From the NCBI GenBank assembly GCA_963678315.1, contig OY782781.1:2924752-2988751 (forward strand): a DNA stretch of 64,000 nt. Direction: 5' to 3'. The stretch comes from Candidatus Cloacimonadales bacterium. Lineage in GTDB: Bacteria; Cloacimonadota; Cloacimonadia; Cloacimonadales; JAFGVF01. The notes under the pieces are model-generated. The model saw nothing but the letters and a program-made list of their open reading frames with translations, was not told the DNA's origin and did not search any database. The position numbers were made by a program, and so were the translations under genes. Positions 22,775 to 33,043 of this stretch are shown piece after piece. Within the stretch, counting starts at the first letter, position 1, and each line of letters begins with the position of its first letter.

Positions 22775-23887
22775 TTAAAATTCCCCATCCATTTCTTGAA
22801 AGGCAAGAAATGATTTTAATTTGCTATGCAACACTTCATCTCTTCTGATTACATCAATTATTATATTATTAATTTCAGCTTTATTTATGTAGAATTGAGA
22901 ATAAGTTTTATACTTGTCTTGAGCTATTTGTATAGTCTTATCTCTCTCTTTTTGAGAATTAATCTTTCTTGACATAATCTCATTTTTTATGTCTCTTTTG
23001 AAATCTTGGAATTCAAGTTCGTTATAGCCTGTTTCAGCTCTAAATGATTCAACAAACTCTTTTGAATACCTAACAGCCATTTCTTTGGTGTTATCTTTGC
23101 ATAGTTTATAAGCCTTAGAAATAGACCTCTTTTTATTACTATCTACAGCAAACTTATTCACCATGATTTTTTTATTGTTCTGTGATATCTTGAACCAGGA
23201 AGGTACTATATCATTGTATTTTGTATTATCTATTTGAGGCTTTTCAGCAACTGCTTCTTCCTCTGCTGTTAACTCTAAGGCTTCAACTCCCTGCTCTTTC
23301 AAAATCTTCTTATAAGTCTCTGATTTAGCCATCCATTTAGCTATAGTCTTTCTTTTCTGGACTTGATCAACATATATTTTATGCAATTCCTTTTTAGGGA
23401 AGCCTACAACAACAAAACATCTAACTGAATCATCATTCTTTTCAAGGCTTTCTGTTTGAATAACTTTGAAATATTTAGAATAGTTATATTCAAAAACTAA
23501 ACTGTTTAGAGCTCTGATTCTGTTCATCTTGAATCTGCTTGCTGAATCACATTCGTGCAATATTTTGCTTGTTAAATTAATGACATAGCCTTTATTAACA
23601 TGAAGAAATCTTTTTTGAGCTTTATCAACAGCAATTTGCTTAGCTTCAGTTAAGTCTGCCCCATCACCTATATTATAAGAAAAAATATAAACATCTTCAT
23701 TTAAACTTTTCCACCAAGAAGGTCTGTAAGAATCATCATAATTATCAACATTACTTGCAACTTCGACAGAAGCTTCTTCATTAGAGTTATTTACACTTTC
23801 ACTTTGTAATTCTTTATCTTTACTCTTGCAACTTATTGATATTAGTGTCATAAAAGCTACCAATAAAATGATATGACTTCTTTTCAT
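22775..23887 (-). CDS. Putative lipoprotein with two similar P-S-W-containing domains
   Basis: Lipobox-like ISISC after a hydrophobic stretch; RPSWWK and VPSWFK repeats; GGAGG RBS. Confidence 0.6.
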   Translation of the reverse strand: MKRSHIILLVAFMTLISISCKSKDKELQSESVNNSNEEASVEVASNVDNYDDSYRPSWWKSLNEDVYIFSYNIGDGADLTEAKQIAVDKAQKRFLHVNKGYVINLTSKILHECDSASRFKMNRIRALNSLVFEYNYSKYFKVIQTESLEKNDDSVRCFVVVGFPKKELHKIYVDQVQKRKTIAKWMAKSETYKKILKEQGVEALELTAEEEAVAEKPQIDNTKYNDIVPSWFKISQNNKKIMVNKFAVDSNKKRSISKAYKLCKDNTKEMAVRYSKEFVESFRAETGYNELEFQDFKRDIKNEIMSRKINSQKERDKTIQIAQDKYKTYSQFYINKAEINNIIIDVIRRDEVLHSKLKSFLAFQEMDGEF

Positions 23888-23975
23888 ACATTCCTCCATC
23901 TTTATCACTGTTATTTTTTTAATAATTATTCTTCAAAATATTGAAGAAGATAATGTCTTGTCAATATTCTTTTTC

Positions 23976-24067
23976 GCCGGTTAGCAGCTCAGCGTTCCCA
24001 GTTTTTGCCGGCTAGCAGCCTAGCGTTCCCAGTGTTTGCCGGCTAGCAGCTCAGCGTTCCCAGTTTT
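23976..24067. repeat. 31-bp GC-rich tandem repeat x3
   Basis: GCCGG(T/C)TAGCAGC(TC/CT)AGCGTTCCCAGT(T/G)TTT at 23976, 24007 and 24038. Confidence 0.9.
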
Positions 24068-24124
24068 ACAGGTAGAACTAGTGTTTCCATTCAAGTCTTC
24101 TTTAGTCCACCTGCTTAAAGTTCC

Positions 24125-24769
24125 CTACCACGTAACTAAATTATAGGCATCATCCATGAATTTATAGTCTAGTTTACATGAATAATCAAAAACTTCTTTC
24201 ATTTTTTTAATAGTCTGTTCATCAACATCACTGCTATACTTTTCAACTAGACTCTTTATCCATTCTGTTTGCTGCATGAATTCTTGGCTCACATAAGTAT
24301 CTATCCAAGATTGATATTTATTGTTTTCTACTGTACGTTCTTGAATATATTTACCATTTTCCAAATAAACCCAAAAGCATGGTAAGAGGGAAGATAAGCC
24401 TATTATAAAGGATTCTTCTTGTACAGTCATCTTCAAAAAACTAGAATAAGCTAAGCAAGCTGGTTGCATCGTACTTGTATATTCTATATCAAAGCTTTTA
24501 AAGAACTCTTGTTGAATTATATATTCAAGTTCATAGGATTCTTGAGCCATTCGATACAGTTCATCCTTAAGAACTTCATCTGGAGCTTTATCAGAAAGTA
24601 ATCTCATTGCGTCAGCATAATGTTTTATATAAAGAGAATCCTGCTGAATGAAAAATCTAAATTTTTCTACATTTAAGGTGCCATTAGCTAGCTCTAAAGG
24701 GAAATTATGTTCTTTGAACCTTTCGATTGTTGTTCTGGAGTTTGCCCATAGTTTATCGCAAATATTCAT
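24125..24769 (-). CDS. tenA: Thiaminase II / TenA family
   Basis: FRFFIQQDSLY, LLPCFWVY and YQSWIDTY motifs; thi operon context. Confidence 0.92.
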   Translation of the reverse strand: MNICDKLWANSRTTIERFKEHNFPLELANGTLNVEKFRFFIQQDSLYIKHYADAMRLLSDKAPDEVLKDELYRMAQESYELEYIIQQEFFKSFDIEYTSTMQPACLAYSSFLKMTVQEESFIIGLSSLLPCFWVYLENGKYIQERTVENNKYQSWIDTYVSQEFMQQTEWIKSLVEKYSSDVDEQTIKKMKEVFDYSCKLDYKFMDDAYNLVTW

Positions 24770-25576
24770 TTATTCCCAAGTCTTGTAAAAGTGCTTTACT
24801 GGGCTTTTCCCTTTTCCTAGTCGCATACTTGATCCAGCTAGAATCGCGTGAGTTATATATTCTTTTGCTTTGATTACGGCATCTAATGTTGTGTAACCTT
24901 TAGCTATATATGAAGCAATAGCAGAAGAAAGAGTACAGCCGGTTCCATGATTATTCTTTGTTTCTATCCTTTGGCTTTTAAACCACTCAACATAGCCAGT
25001 ATGGTCACAGTACAAATCAGGAATCTCATCATTTTTATAGTAAGAACCTTTGAGATATACTGATGAACAGCCAAAAGATAACATTTTCTTCGCTGCCTTA
25101 AGCATATCATCTTTTGAATTAATACTTACACCGGTTAACTCAGTTGCTTCCATTTGATTTGGAGTTACAACTCTTGCTAATGGGAAAAGATAGTCCTTAA
25201 TAGCATCAATTGCATCATTTTCTAATAATTTATCTCCTGATTTAGCTACCATAACAGGATCTAAGACTACATCTTTCACTTTATAATCTAAAAGTTTATG
25301 TGCAACAGTAGCTATTAGTTCAACTGTACCAAGCATACCAATTTTTACTGCATTCGCCCCTATATCTTCAAAAACTGAATCAATCTGTTTTCCTACAAAT
25401 TCTGCATCAACAGGGTATATTCCTTGAACTCCAACAGTATTTTGAGCAGTGAGAGCAGTTATAGCTGTCATACCATAACATCCTAAAGCACTAAATGTTT
25501 TTAAATCTGCTTGAATTCCAGCTCCTCCCCCACTATCTGAGCCTGCAATTGAAAGAACTTTATGATAATAAATCAT
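24770..25576 (-). CDS. thiD: Hydroxymethylpyrimidine/phosphomethylpyrimidine kinase
   Basis: AGSDSGGGAGIQADLKT, DPVMVAKSG and HGTGCTLSSA motifs. Confidence 0.97.
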   Translation of the reverse strand: MIYYHKVLSIAGSDSGGGAGIQADLKTFSALGCYGMTAITALTAQNTVGVQGIYPVDAEFVGKQIDSVFEDIGANAVKIGMLGTVELIATVAHKLLDYKVKDVVLDPVMVAKSGDKLLENDAIDAIKDYLFPLARVVTPNQMEATELTGVSINSKDDMLKAAKKMLSFGCSSVYLKGSYYKNDEIPDLYCDHTGYVEWFKSQRIETKNNHGTGCTLSSAIASYIAKGYTTLDAVIKAKEYITHAILAGSSMRLGKGKSPVKHFYKTWE

Positions 25577-25582
25577 GAAAAT

Positions 25583-26218
25583 CTATATCCTTTTAAACTT
25601 ATTTATTTTATTTGTAAATTCTCTAGATGCTGCTTCTGGGGAATCTGCAGAACAAATTGCTGAAACTACAGCAACGCCATCAACACCTGCTTCGAATAAC
25701 TTTTCTACATTATCAATGTTTATTCCACCTATACCGACAAGCTTATGTGAAGATAGGCTCTTAATTTTCTTAATACCTTCTAAACCGAGAGGTTTTGCAA
25801 TATCTAGTTTTGTATTAGTTGAAAATACTGGTGATATACCTAGATAATCAACGTCTAACTTTTCTGCATCAATTGCATCTTGAATTGTTTCCACTGATAA
25901 GCCTATTATAGCACCTTTACCCATTATTCTTCTTGCAACTTGATAAGGAATATCGCTTTGACCAATATGAAGTCCTTGAGCATTTACTGCTAAGGCAATA
26001 TCTAATCTATCATTGATTATCAAGGGAATATTTAATGTTTTCAGAAAGTTCTTAACTTCTAAAGCAATATTATAGAAGTCTCTTGAAGAACAATCTTTTT
26101 CCCTAAGTTGAACAACAGAAACCCCACCAGTAACAGCTTCTTTGATAACATTTATCAAATCTCTGCCATTGGTAAGGTTTCTATCAGTTACCAAATATAA
26201 ACTATAATCAAGATCCAT
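25583..26218 (-). CDS. thiE: Thiamine-phosphate synthase
   Basis: LYLVTD, QLREK, IINDRLD, HIGQSD and GIGGI motifs. Confidence 0.97.
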   Translation of the reverse strand: MDLDYSLYLVTDRNLTNGRDLINVIKEAVTGGVSVVQLREKDCSSRDFYNIALEVKNFLKTLNIPLIINDRLDIALAVNAQGLHIGQSDIPYQVARRIMGKGAIIGLSVETIQDAIDAEKLDVDYLGISPVFSTNTKLDIAKPLGLEGIKKIKSLSSHKLVGIGGINIDNVEKLFEAGVDGVAVVSAICSADSPEAASREFTNKINKFKRI

Positions 26219-26220
26219 TT

Positions 26221-27015
26221 CTATGATAGCCTTAAATGGGATACGACATCAACTTCAGATAATGTATATAGCTTATCAATGAAGTTCATTTGTAAGGAAG
26301 CAGGACCATTTGATGTTTGTACAGCTATTTCACCTGCAATCCCCATGACAGACATTGCAGACACACATGCTATTAAATAATTATCATGAACAGCACAGAA
26401 AGCACCAACTAATGCTGTTGCAGTACAACCTAGTCCTGTAACCTTCGGCATCATTTCATTACCATTATTAACACAAATTGTTCTGTTGCCATCTGTAATT
26501 ATATCTTGTGGCCCAGAAATTACAACAACACACTTATATTCTGTAGCTAATTTTTCTGCATAAGAACGAGCTGTTGAAGTTGAACTTGAGCTATCAACAC
26601 CTTTTGTCTTAATTGAGCTATCCACTAAAGCCATGATTTCTGAAGCATTTCCTCTTATTACACTTGGACGTACTTCATTTATTAATTTCAGAACTGTCTC
26701 TGTTCTATATTTAGTTGCTCCAGCACCCACAGGGTCAATCACTATTGGTATATTCCTCAATTTCGCAGCCTTCATAGCTAGACTCATAGATTCAATCCAA
26801 TTTTCTGAAAGAGTACCAATATTAATCACTAAAGCTGAAGCTATCATGACCATATCTTCAACTTCATCAATAGCATGAGCCATCACTGGAGAAGCTCCAA
26901 TTGATAAAAGAGCATTAGCAGTATTATTCATCACTACATAATTTGTTATATTATGTACAAGTGGGGATTTTTCTCTTACTTTTTGAACAAGTCCCCATAC
27001 ATCAGAGCTATTCAT
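26221..27015 (-). CDS. thiM: Hydroxyethylthiazole kinase
   Basis: PLVHNITNYV, GASPVMA, DPVGAGAT, RGNASEI and TGLGC motifs. Confidence 0.97.
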   Translation of the reverse strand: MNSSDVWGLVQKVREKSPLVHNITNYVVMNNTANALLSIGASPVMAHAIDEVEDMVMIASALVINIGTLSENWIESMSLAMKAAKLRNIPIVIDPVGAGATKYRTETVLKLINEVRPSVIRGNASEIMALVDSSIKTKGVDSSSSTSTARSYAEKLATEYKCVVVISGPQDIITDGNRTICVNNGNEMMPKVTGLGCTATALVGAFCAVHDNYLIACVSAMSVMGIAGEIAVQTSNGPASLQMNFIDKLYTLSEVDVVSHLRLS

Positions 27016-27028
27016 TTTATCTCCTAAT

Positions 27029-27733
27029 CTACTTCTTAATCGCTTTTACAGCAACATAATCACCACAATCATATCCAGGAATTGGTTGTTCAATAACATC
27101 ATCTGAATAAGCAGGGTGCTTAGTTAAAGTTTGTGCAAATTCTAATTCTACAAAACCAGCTTTTTCTAGCATAGTTATCTTTTCAGGAGTAGAACGCCAA
27201 TTTGATTCTTTGATAAATGATATAGGGTAAGCATTAGGTGCCTTAGCATCTTCAAAATATGGATTATCCCATGTACCAATTTCTTTTGCTAAATTGTATA
27301 AAAGGCCATAAGAGCTCTCTTTTGGTACATCAAGAACTACTATCATTCCACCTTTCTTTAATGCTTTATATGCTTTATCAAAAGCTTTTTGCAAGTCATC
27401 TATATAGCTTGGAGTACCGTTAAAGATTACAGTATCGTATTGATCTGTGCCGAATTCAGTTTCCTCAGCAGTGCCGACTGTAACTTTTAGTCCTCTCTTT
27501 TGAGCTATTTCAGCCATACCTGTTGCTGGTTCAATACCTTCTGTAATTTGGATATTGTATTCTTTCTTTAGAATAGCTTCAAATAAGCCACTTCCGCAAC
27601 CTACTGAAAGAGATTTTCCTGGTTCTTTTAAGAAATGAGCTAGTAAAGCAGCCTCTGAAGCTAACAAGTTAAGGTTTTTTAAAAACCATTCATCATATTT
27701 ATCTGCGTATTGATCAAATGCACCATCTATCAT
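27029..27733 (-). CDS. Class I SAM-dependent methyltransferase
   Basis: FDQYADKYDEWF and SVGCGSGLF motif I; first gene of the thi cluster. Confidence 0.88.
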   Translation of the reverse strand: MIDGAFDQYADKYDEWFLKNLNLLASEAALLAHFLKEPGKSLSVGCGSGLFEAILKKEYNIQITEGIEPATGMAEIAQKRGLKVTVGTAEETEFGTDQYDTVIFNGTPSYIDDLQKAFDKAYKALKKGGMIVVLDVPKESSYGLLYNLAKEIGTWDNPYFEDAKAPNAYPISFIKESNWRSTPEKITMLEKAGFVELEFAQTLTKHPAYSDDVIEQPIPGYDCGDYVAVKAIKK

Positions 27734-27829
27734 TTGTTTTCCACCTTTAATTTTATATTGTTTTTACAAGAAATTATACTGTAATATTTGTCAAGATACA
27801 TTAAACAGTGAAGATTGTTTGGTAAATCT

Positions 27830-28939
27830 CTATTTCTTTATACTCTCTATTATAACGAACTTTTTATTCTGTGCTAGAATTTTAACTTCAGTAAATATTT
27901 TTGTTAAGTGTTGTTGGTATCCCAAATGCCTATTTGCAACTATAATTAGCTTCCCATTGGCTTTTAAAACTTTTTTACTAGCTTCAAAGATTTCTAAGGC
28001 TGTAGAAATTGATATTTTATGCTTATCATGAAATGGAGGGTTACAGACTATAGCATCAACTCCCACTTCTTTGATAGCATCTAAAGAATTATCTCTGTAT
28101 ATTGAAGCTTCCTTATTTTGTAACTGATTAACCTTGAGGTTATCTTTTGTTGATTCTATTGCAGAATAACTTATATCACTAAATATCAATCTGCTGATAT
28201 TTTTTGTCTTTGCTAGATAGATTCCTAAAATCCCATTCCCACAGCATACATCAATTAGTGAATCCCACTTGTCTATATTCATCTTGTCTACATTTTCTAG
28301 AAAGAACCTTGTGCCTAAATCTAACTTCTTTGAAGAAAATGAATTTATTTTATTTACCATTTTGATATTAAATTCAGGAATATCAAGGTGAATATAGTCT
28401 TGCACTTCATTATCACAAGCTTTAACTCCAGCAGTTATTACTTTTGCTTTTTTCCAAGAAAGTGAATAAGTTGTATTTGATAGCTGCTCTGTTAATAAGT
28501 TATAAACAGAAGAATTAAGATATTTAACCATAGCCGAGCAAATTACTTTTGTACCTTCTGGATAGGATGAGTTAATCTTGTCTATTAGGAACTTTAAGTA
28601 ATCATTGCTTTTGGGAATCTTGATAATAATATAGTCTATCTTTTCAGGAAATTTCTCATAAGGAGAAAGATGACTTATCTTATCCTGATTTATTCCATTT
28701 CTAGAAAAGTTCTCGACTATTCCCTTTTCAGATAAAACAGAATCATTTACAAGATAAGCTTTATCATAAGATAGATTTAAGGCTAAAGCTCCAAATTCAT
28801 CTTCGATTATAAGAACATTACCTAGACTATCTTCATTATCAGTCAAGAAACTAATAATATATTCATCTGCAGAATTCCACGCTTGAAAGCTATCATCTGT
28901 TCGATATGGATATCTGCATAATTTTATATCTTTTTTCAT
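27830..28939 (-). CDS. RlmG/RsmC-family rRNA (guanine-N2) methyltransferase
   Basis: QAWNSADEY, FS..KLDLGTRF, DVCCGNG, CNPPFH and VANRHLGY motifs. Confidence 0.85.
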   Translation of the reverse strand: MKKDIKLCRYPYRTDDSFQAWNSADEYIISFLTDNEDSLGNVLIIEDEFGALALNLSYDKAYLVNDSVLSEKGIVENFSRNGINQDKISHLSPYEKFPEKIDYIIIKIPKSNDYLKFLIDKINSSYPEGTKVICSAMVKYLNSSVYNLLTEQLSNTTYSLSWKKAKVITAGVKACDNEVQDYIHLDIPEFNIKMVNKINSFSSKKLDLGTRFFLENVDKMNIDKWDSLIDVCCGNGILGIYLAKTKNISRLIFSDISYSAIESTKDNLKVNQLQNKEASIYRDNSLDAIKEVGVDAIVCNPPFHDKHKISISTALEIFEASKKVLKANGKLIIVANRHLGYQQHLTKIFTEVKILAQNKKFVIIESIKK

Positions 28940-28966
28940 TCTATCTATATGTGTTAGCTAATTATC

Positions 28967-30109
28967 TTATCGCATGATTATCTTAGCTAACTTAGTATCA
29001 AGATTACCATTTTTTAAAGATTTCTTCCAATGTGCCCTAAGTCTTAATTTTGGAACTAAGTCAGCAGAGCCGCAAAGAACATAAGCTACACTTGCCGGAC
29101 ACTTCTGTTTAAAGAAGTCACCTAAGTCATTATAGAGCTTTTCTGTTCTTTTTAAGTCTCCCATCCTTACTCCATAAGGAGGATTACAGACTATTGTTCT
29201 ATCTTGGCCTGCTTCTAAATCTTGAAACTTAGAAACTTTCAATTCTACTCTATCACCATAAGGTAATAAACTTAATGATTTCTTTGCAAAAGATAGACTT
29301 TTTGAAGATACATCAGAGCCTTGAATCAGCCCCTGTGGCAATGGTACTATAGCATCGTTTGCATCTTTTCTTACTCTTTCCCACAATTCTTTATCGAAAT
29401 CTGGCATATAGTAGATTCCACTATCGTCACGCAAATATCCAGCCGGAATCTTACAGTAACGCATGAGAGCTTCCACTAGCAGTGTTCCTGCCCCACACAT
29501 TACATCCATTAAAACATTCTCTCCATTCCATTCTGTTAACTTAATTACTACTGCAGCTAATGTTTCTTGCATAGGAGCGACATTTGTTCCTTTACGATAG
29601 TTCCTCTTGTGAAGACTCTTTCCAGCAACATCTATCGATACAGTAGCGAAGTTCTTTCTGATATGAAGTGAGAAAACTATGTCTGAGTCCTTAGCATCAA
29701 AGTCCGGTCTATCTCCATATTTTTCTCTGAACTGGTCACAAATAGCATCTTTCATGACCTGCCCTGCATATAATGAGTTTTGAATCTTACTATCGCTTAC
29801 ATTAGAAATGATACAAAATCTTTCTTCTAAATCAAATAAGCTAGTCCAATCTATATTTTTATAAAGCTGTGAATAAAGGTAATTTTCACTGTGACACTCT
29901 AAACTAATTATCGGAGCTAAAACTCTCTGAATCAAACGTGCCTTATAAATGATATTATACAATGTCTCTTTGTCACAAGAGAATCTAATACCTCTTGGAA
30001 CTTCTTGTTCTATCTTTGCCCCAAAAGAAATTAATTCTTCTTTTGCATGTGCCTCTATGCCACCTGAAACTTGAGCAAAATACTTTTCTGTTTTTATATA
30101 TTCGTACAT
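28967..30109 (-). CDS. THUMP-domain RNA methyltransferase (RlmL-like)
   Basis: SLHKRNYR, APMQETLAA, DVMCGAGT and NPPYG motifs. Confidence 0.9.
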   Translation of the reverse strand: MYEYIKTEKYFAQVSGGIEAHAKEELISFGAKIEQEVPRGIRFSCDKETLYNIIYKARLIQRVLAPIISLECHSENYLYSQLYKNIDWTSLFDLEERFCIISNVSDSKIQNSLYAGQVMKDAICDQFREKYGDRPDFDAKDSDIVFSLHIRKNFATVSIDVAGKSLHKRNYRKGTNVAPMQETLAAVVIKLTEWNGENVLMDVMCGAGTLLVEALMRYCKIPAGYLRDDSGIYYMPDFDKELWERVRKDANDAIVPLPQGLIQGSDVSSKSLSFAKKSLSLLPYGDRVELKVSKFQDLEAGQDRTIVCNPPYGVRMGDLKRTEKLYNDLGDFFKQKCPASVAYVLCGSADLVPKLRLRAHWKKSLKNGNLDTKLAKIIMR

Positions 30110-30111
30110 TT

Positions 30112-30555
30112 CTAACTCTTCTTATTTATTTTTCCGGTTAAAGATTCTATATCAAAGACTAACATTGTTACTGCCTCAATATGTTTTAGAGAAGCTTGAC
30201 TGAATTCTCCCCCAAAATGTTCAATCAAACATTTTAAAGCATATTCTTTTTCTTCCTTGCTTTCACAAAGACTAATTTGACCATAACCCATTACTGAGCG
30301 ATAACGCATGGTTGAGCCATCTACATAAGAATCAATATCGACAACAAAGGCTGCTTTAGGATTCTTTTCTATCAACTCAAGTTTATGGCCTTCATTCGCA
30401 CAATGAATATACAATTTATTATCTTTATATCCATAATTTAATGGCACTATATATGGAAATGGCTCATCATGAAGAGCAACTCTACATACAATTCCCTTTC
30501 TTAGAATATCTTCCAAAACTTGAATATCTGTTACTTCTCTATCCTTTCTTCTCAT
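30112..30555 (-). CDS. Pyridoxamine 5'-phosphate oxidase-like (NimA-type) flavin-binding protein
   Basis: MRRKDREVTD...PYIVPLNYG...YIHCANEGHK...YRSVMGYG. AGGAG RBS before ATG 30555. Confidence 0.88.
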   Translation of the reverse strand: MRRKDREVTDIQVLEDILRKGIVCRVALHDEPFPYIVPLNYGYKDNKLYIHCANEGHKLELIEKNPKAAFVVDIDSYVDGSTMRYRSVMGYGQISLCESKEEKEYALKCLIEHFGGEFSQASLKHIEAVTMLVFDIESLTGKINKKS

Positions 30556-30576
30556 AAATACTCCTATCATTCTAAA

Positions 30577-30689
30577 CCCAGATGATATATTAGGCTTGAC
30601 GAAAATAGTGCAGATTCCATCTAAGCCGGACACGGTATTTCAGCAAAATAATATAGTGCTATTTTTCAAGTTCTAATGCATTATTTGGG
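30577..30689. mobile_element. MITE-like element with imperfect terminal inverted repeats, copy 1
   Basis: CCCAGATGAT...ATTATTTGGG ends; shared core GAAAATAGTGCAGATTC and AGCAAAATAATATAGTGCTATTTT with 32641-32733. Confidence 0.5.
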
Positions 30690-30755
30690 TTAAATATTAT
30701 TTTTTGATAGGCTGTGTGGATGTCAACGTAAAGTTGTTATAAGATTAAAAGAACT

Positions 30756-30850
30756 ATCTCTTAGCGTAAGCATGAACTTTCTTGTTCAGCCTAACGGCGG
30801 ATGCTTACACTCCTTTTTCTGAGACGTTTTTCCAAACGTCTCTACAAATT
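30756..30850. repeat. 95-bp structured dispersed repeat, copy 1
   Basis: One mismatch from 34184-34278. Contains a GTAAGCAT/ATGCTTAC stem and a GAGACGTTT..AAACGTCTCTAC hairpin. Confidence 0.92.
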
Positions 30851-30983
30851 AACTTTGGGTTGGAAGCATCTTGCTTGCATTTGAGACATTCTGCCGAACA
30901 TCTCTACCGGTTTAGCATAAAGAAGAGTCTTGACTGGTTCAAGACTCTCATATTATCAATTAATATTATTAATTAGTATGATA

Positions 30984-32624
30984 CTATTTAATCAAGGTAA
31001 TTTTTTTGTTTACAGTATTTTTTTCAGTAGAAATACGTGTAAAATATATACCAGAAGAGACTTCTTTATTATCATTGTTTTTACCATTCCAAACAATATC
31101 ATGATAACCAGCTTCCATATTTTCATGACAAAGATTTTTTATTAGCTGTCCTTTAATATTATATATTGATATTTTAACATTACTTTCTTGTGGCAAACCA
31201 AATCTTATTGTGGTTTCTGGGTTAAATGGATTTGGGTAAGCCATAATTTCTAAAGATGATATTTGTTCAACAATACTGTTGTCATTGCCTACAGTAGTAT
31301 CAGAAAGGTCTGCATTCCCAGCAAAGACATAAACTTTACCATGCCAAGAGTTGTTACCACCATAAGGAGCTGAAAAAGCTATATCATCAAAACCATCATT
31401 ATTAAAATCACCTACAACAATTTCTTTACCAAATCCACCAGTATGTTCAGGTGATTCAAGAATTAAATCACATATCCCATTGGGATTTTCTCTACCTAAC
31501 CAAATGCCTCCAATTCCACTTTCAAAAGCATGCTCATCTTTACTTCCAACAATATCAGAGTAACCATCATTATTGAAATCCCCGTATCCTGTATGATCTT
31601 GTAATACTCCTGCGTCAATTAAATTAGGTCTCAACCAATCTCCATATAGAGGGAACTCATCGGTATTGAGAATATCTTCTCCACCTAACTTAAGACCAAA
31701 ACCTATATCTGTAATATCTAAATCACTTGGATATATATAATCATCAAAACCATCGTTGTTGTAATCACCAATTCCTCTAGCTCCATTGAAGAAACGCCCC
31801 TGAGTAGTTAAATAGAGGAAGTCAAATGGATTAGAAAATCCATCATTCTCTACATCAAGATGAAACTCTGTAATGTGAGGAAGATCATAGCCGTCTCCAG
31901 TATGGGCACAGTGGCCTATTGCGTAATCAACTTGACCATCATTGTTTATATCTCCAAGTCTGCAGAAGTTGTGTGCACTTGCACATGACTGATAATCATA
32001 TATAGTTTCTATCTCAAAGTTCCCACCGTGCATAAGACATACCATTCTATTTCCCCACTCTCTAGTTGTAACCATGGGTATATCATCATAGCCATCATTA
32101 TCAACATCGCCTATAGTATGAAGTAGTCTATCCTCATACTCATAATCATCAGGGCTAACCCAGAAATCATATAGATAATCGGCTTCTAAGTCTGCATCTG
32201 GTCCCCCATAATAAAATGAATAACCTGCATGATATTCAACTACATGAACATCACACTCTTCTAATTGCCCTAATGAAGCAAAATCCTCATAACCATCCCC
32301 ATTTATGTCTCCACAATCATGAAGTCCTCTCCCATATTGTTGAAAATGTTCTCCTGTTACCATCATATCTGGAACATTGTCAAAATCATCTCCTCCGAAA
32401 TATACATAGATTCGACCAAACCAATCAGGATAATCATTATAAGTTGACTCAACTATTAAATCATCTATACCATCGCCATTGAAATCAAGAGATATTATCC
32501 CTTTCCCAAAAAGTGAACATTCATAGACCCCTTCCATCTCAGCCATAATTTCCAGGATGTTTTCTGATGCTAATGATGATGCGACAAGAATCATTAAGCA
32601 TGTAACTATTATTTTTATCTTCAT
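30984..32624 (-). CDS. Secreted FG-GAP repeat (integrin-alpha-like beta-propeller) protein with FlgD-Ig/T9SS-like CTD
   Basis: Signal peptide, multiple GD(F/I/Y)N(N/G)DG..D repeats, C-terminal YPNPFNPETTI...IYNIKGQL...W.G.......SSGIYF domain. Confidence 0.9.
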   Translation of the reverse strand: MKIKIIVTCLMILVASSLASENILEIMAEMEGVYECSLFGKGIISLDFNGDGIDDLIVESTYNDYPDWFGRIYVYFGGDDFDNVPDMMVTGEHFQQYGRGLHDCGDINGDGYEDFASLGQLEECDVHVVEYHAGYSFYYGGPDADLEADYLYDFWVSPDDYEYEDRLLHTIGDVDNDGYDDIPMVTTREWGNRMVCLMHGGNFEIETIYDYQSCASAHNFCRLGDINNDGQVDYAIGHCAHTGDGYDLPHITEFHLDVENDGFSNPFDFLYLTTQGRFFNGARGIGDYNNDGFDDYIYPSDLDITDIGFGLKLGGEDILNTDEFPLYGDWLRPNLIDAGVLQDHTGYGDFNNDGYSDIVGSKDEHAFESGIGGIWLGRENPNGICDLILESPEHTGGFGKEIVVGDFNNDGFDDIAFSAPYGGNNSWHGKVYVFAGNADLSDTTVGNDNSIVEQISSLEIMAYPNPFNPETTIRFGLPQESNVKISIYNIKGQLIKNLCHENMEAGYHDIVWNGKNNDNKEVSSGIYFTRISTEKNTVNKKITLIK

Positions 32625-32640
32625 ATTGTCTCCTTATTAT

Positions 32641-32733
32641 CCCAGATGATGCATTAGACTTCTCGAAAATAGTGCAGATTCTTTTAGCAAAATAATATAG
32701 TGCTATTTTAGAAGTTCTAGTGCTTTATTTGGG
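32641..32733. mobile_element. MITE-like element, copy 2
   Basis: CCCAGATGATGCATTAGACTT ... AAGTTCTAGTGCTTTATTTGGG imperfect inverted termini. Confidence 0.5.
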
Positions 32734-32830
32734 ATTATTTACCTCTAGTGTCAATTAACTAAACCCAGCTATCTAGACTGTATATGCAAAATACAAGAAT
32801 TAAGCAAATGCGCCAGTTAACTCATTAACA

Positions 32831-32950
32831 TTATCCTTCACAATTATCATATGCAACTCTTGGTGCATTTTCATAATTTACTTGACTTGAATTAACAGCT
32901 GTACAATAAAATACTAACAATAATAAAATTATAAATCTGTATCTTTTCAT
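32831..32950 (-). CDS. 39-aa ORF with signal-peptide-like N-terminus (small secreted peptide or truncated gene)
   Basis: AGGAGA RBS; manual translation MKRYRFIILLLLVFYCTAVNSSQVNYENAPRVAYDNCEG*. Confidence 0.45.
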   Translation of the reverse strand: MKRYRFIILLLLVFYCTAVNSSQVNYENAPRVAYDNCEG

Positions 32951-33043
32951 ATATTCTCCTACTTAGTATACAGATGATTATTGAAAAGTTACCTAAAGGC
33001 ATCTTAACTTATTAATAGACAGGCAGTAAATAAAGGTCTAGCA

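Noticed and set aside
23976..24067. Mini CRISPR array
   Set aside because: The units are directly adjacent, with no spacers.
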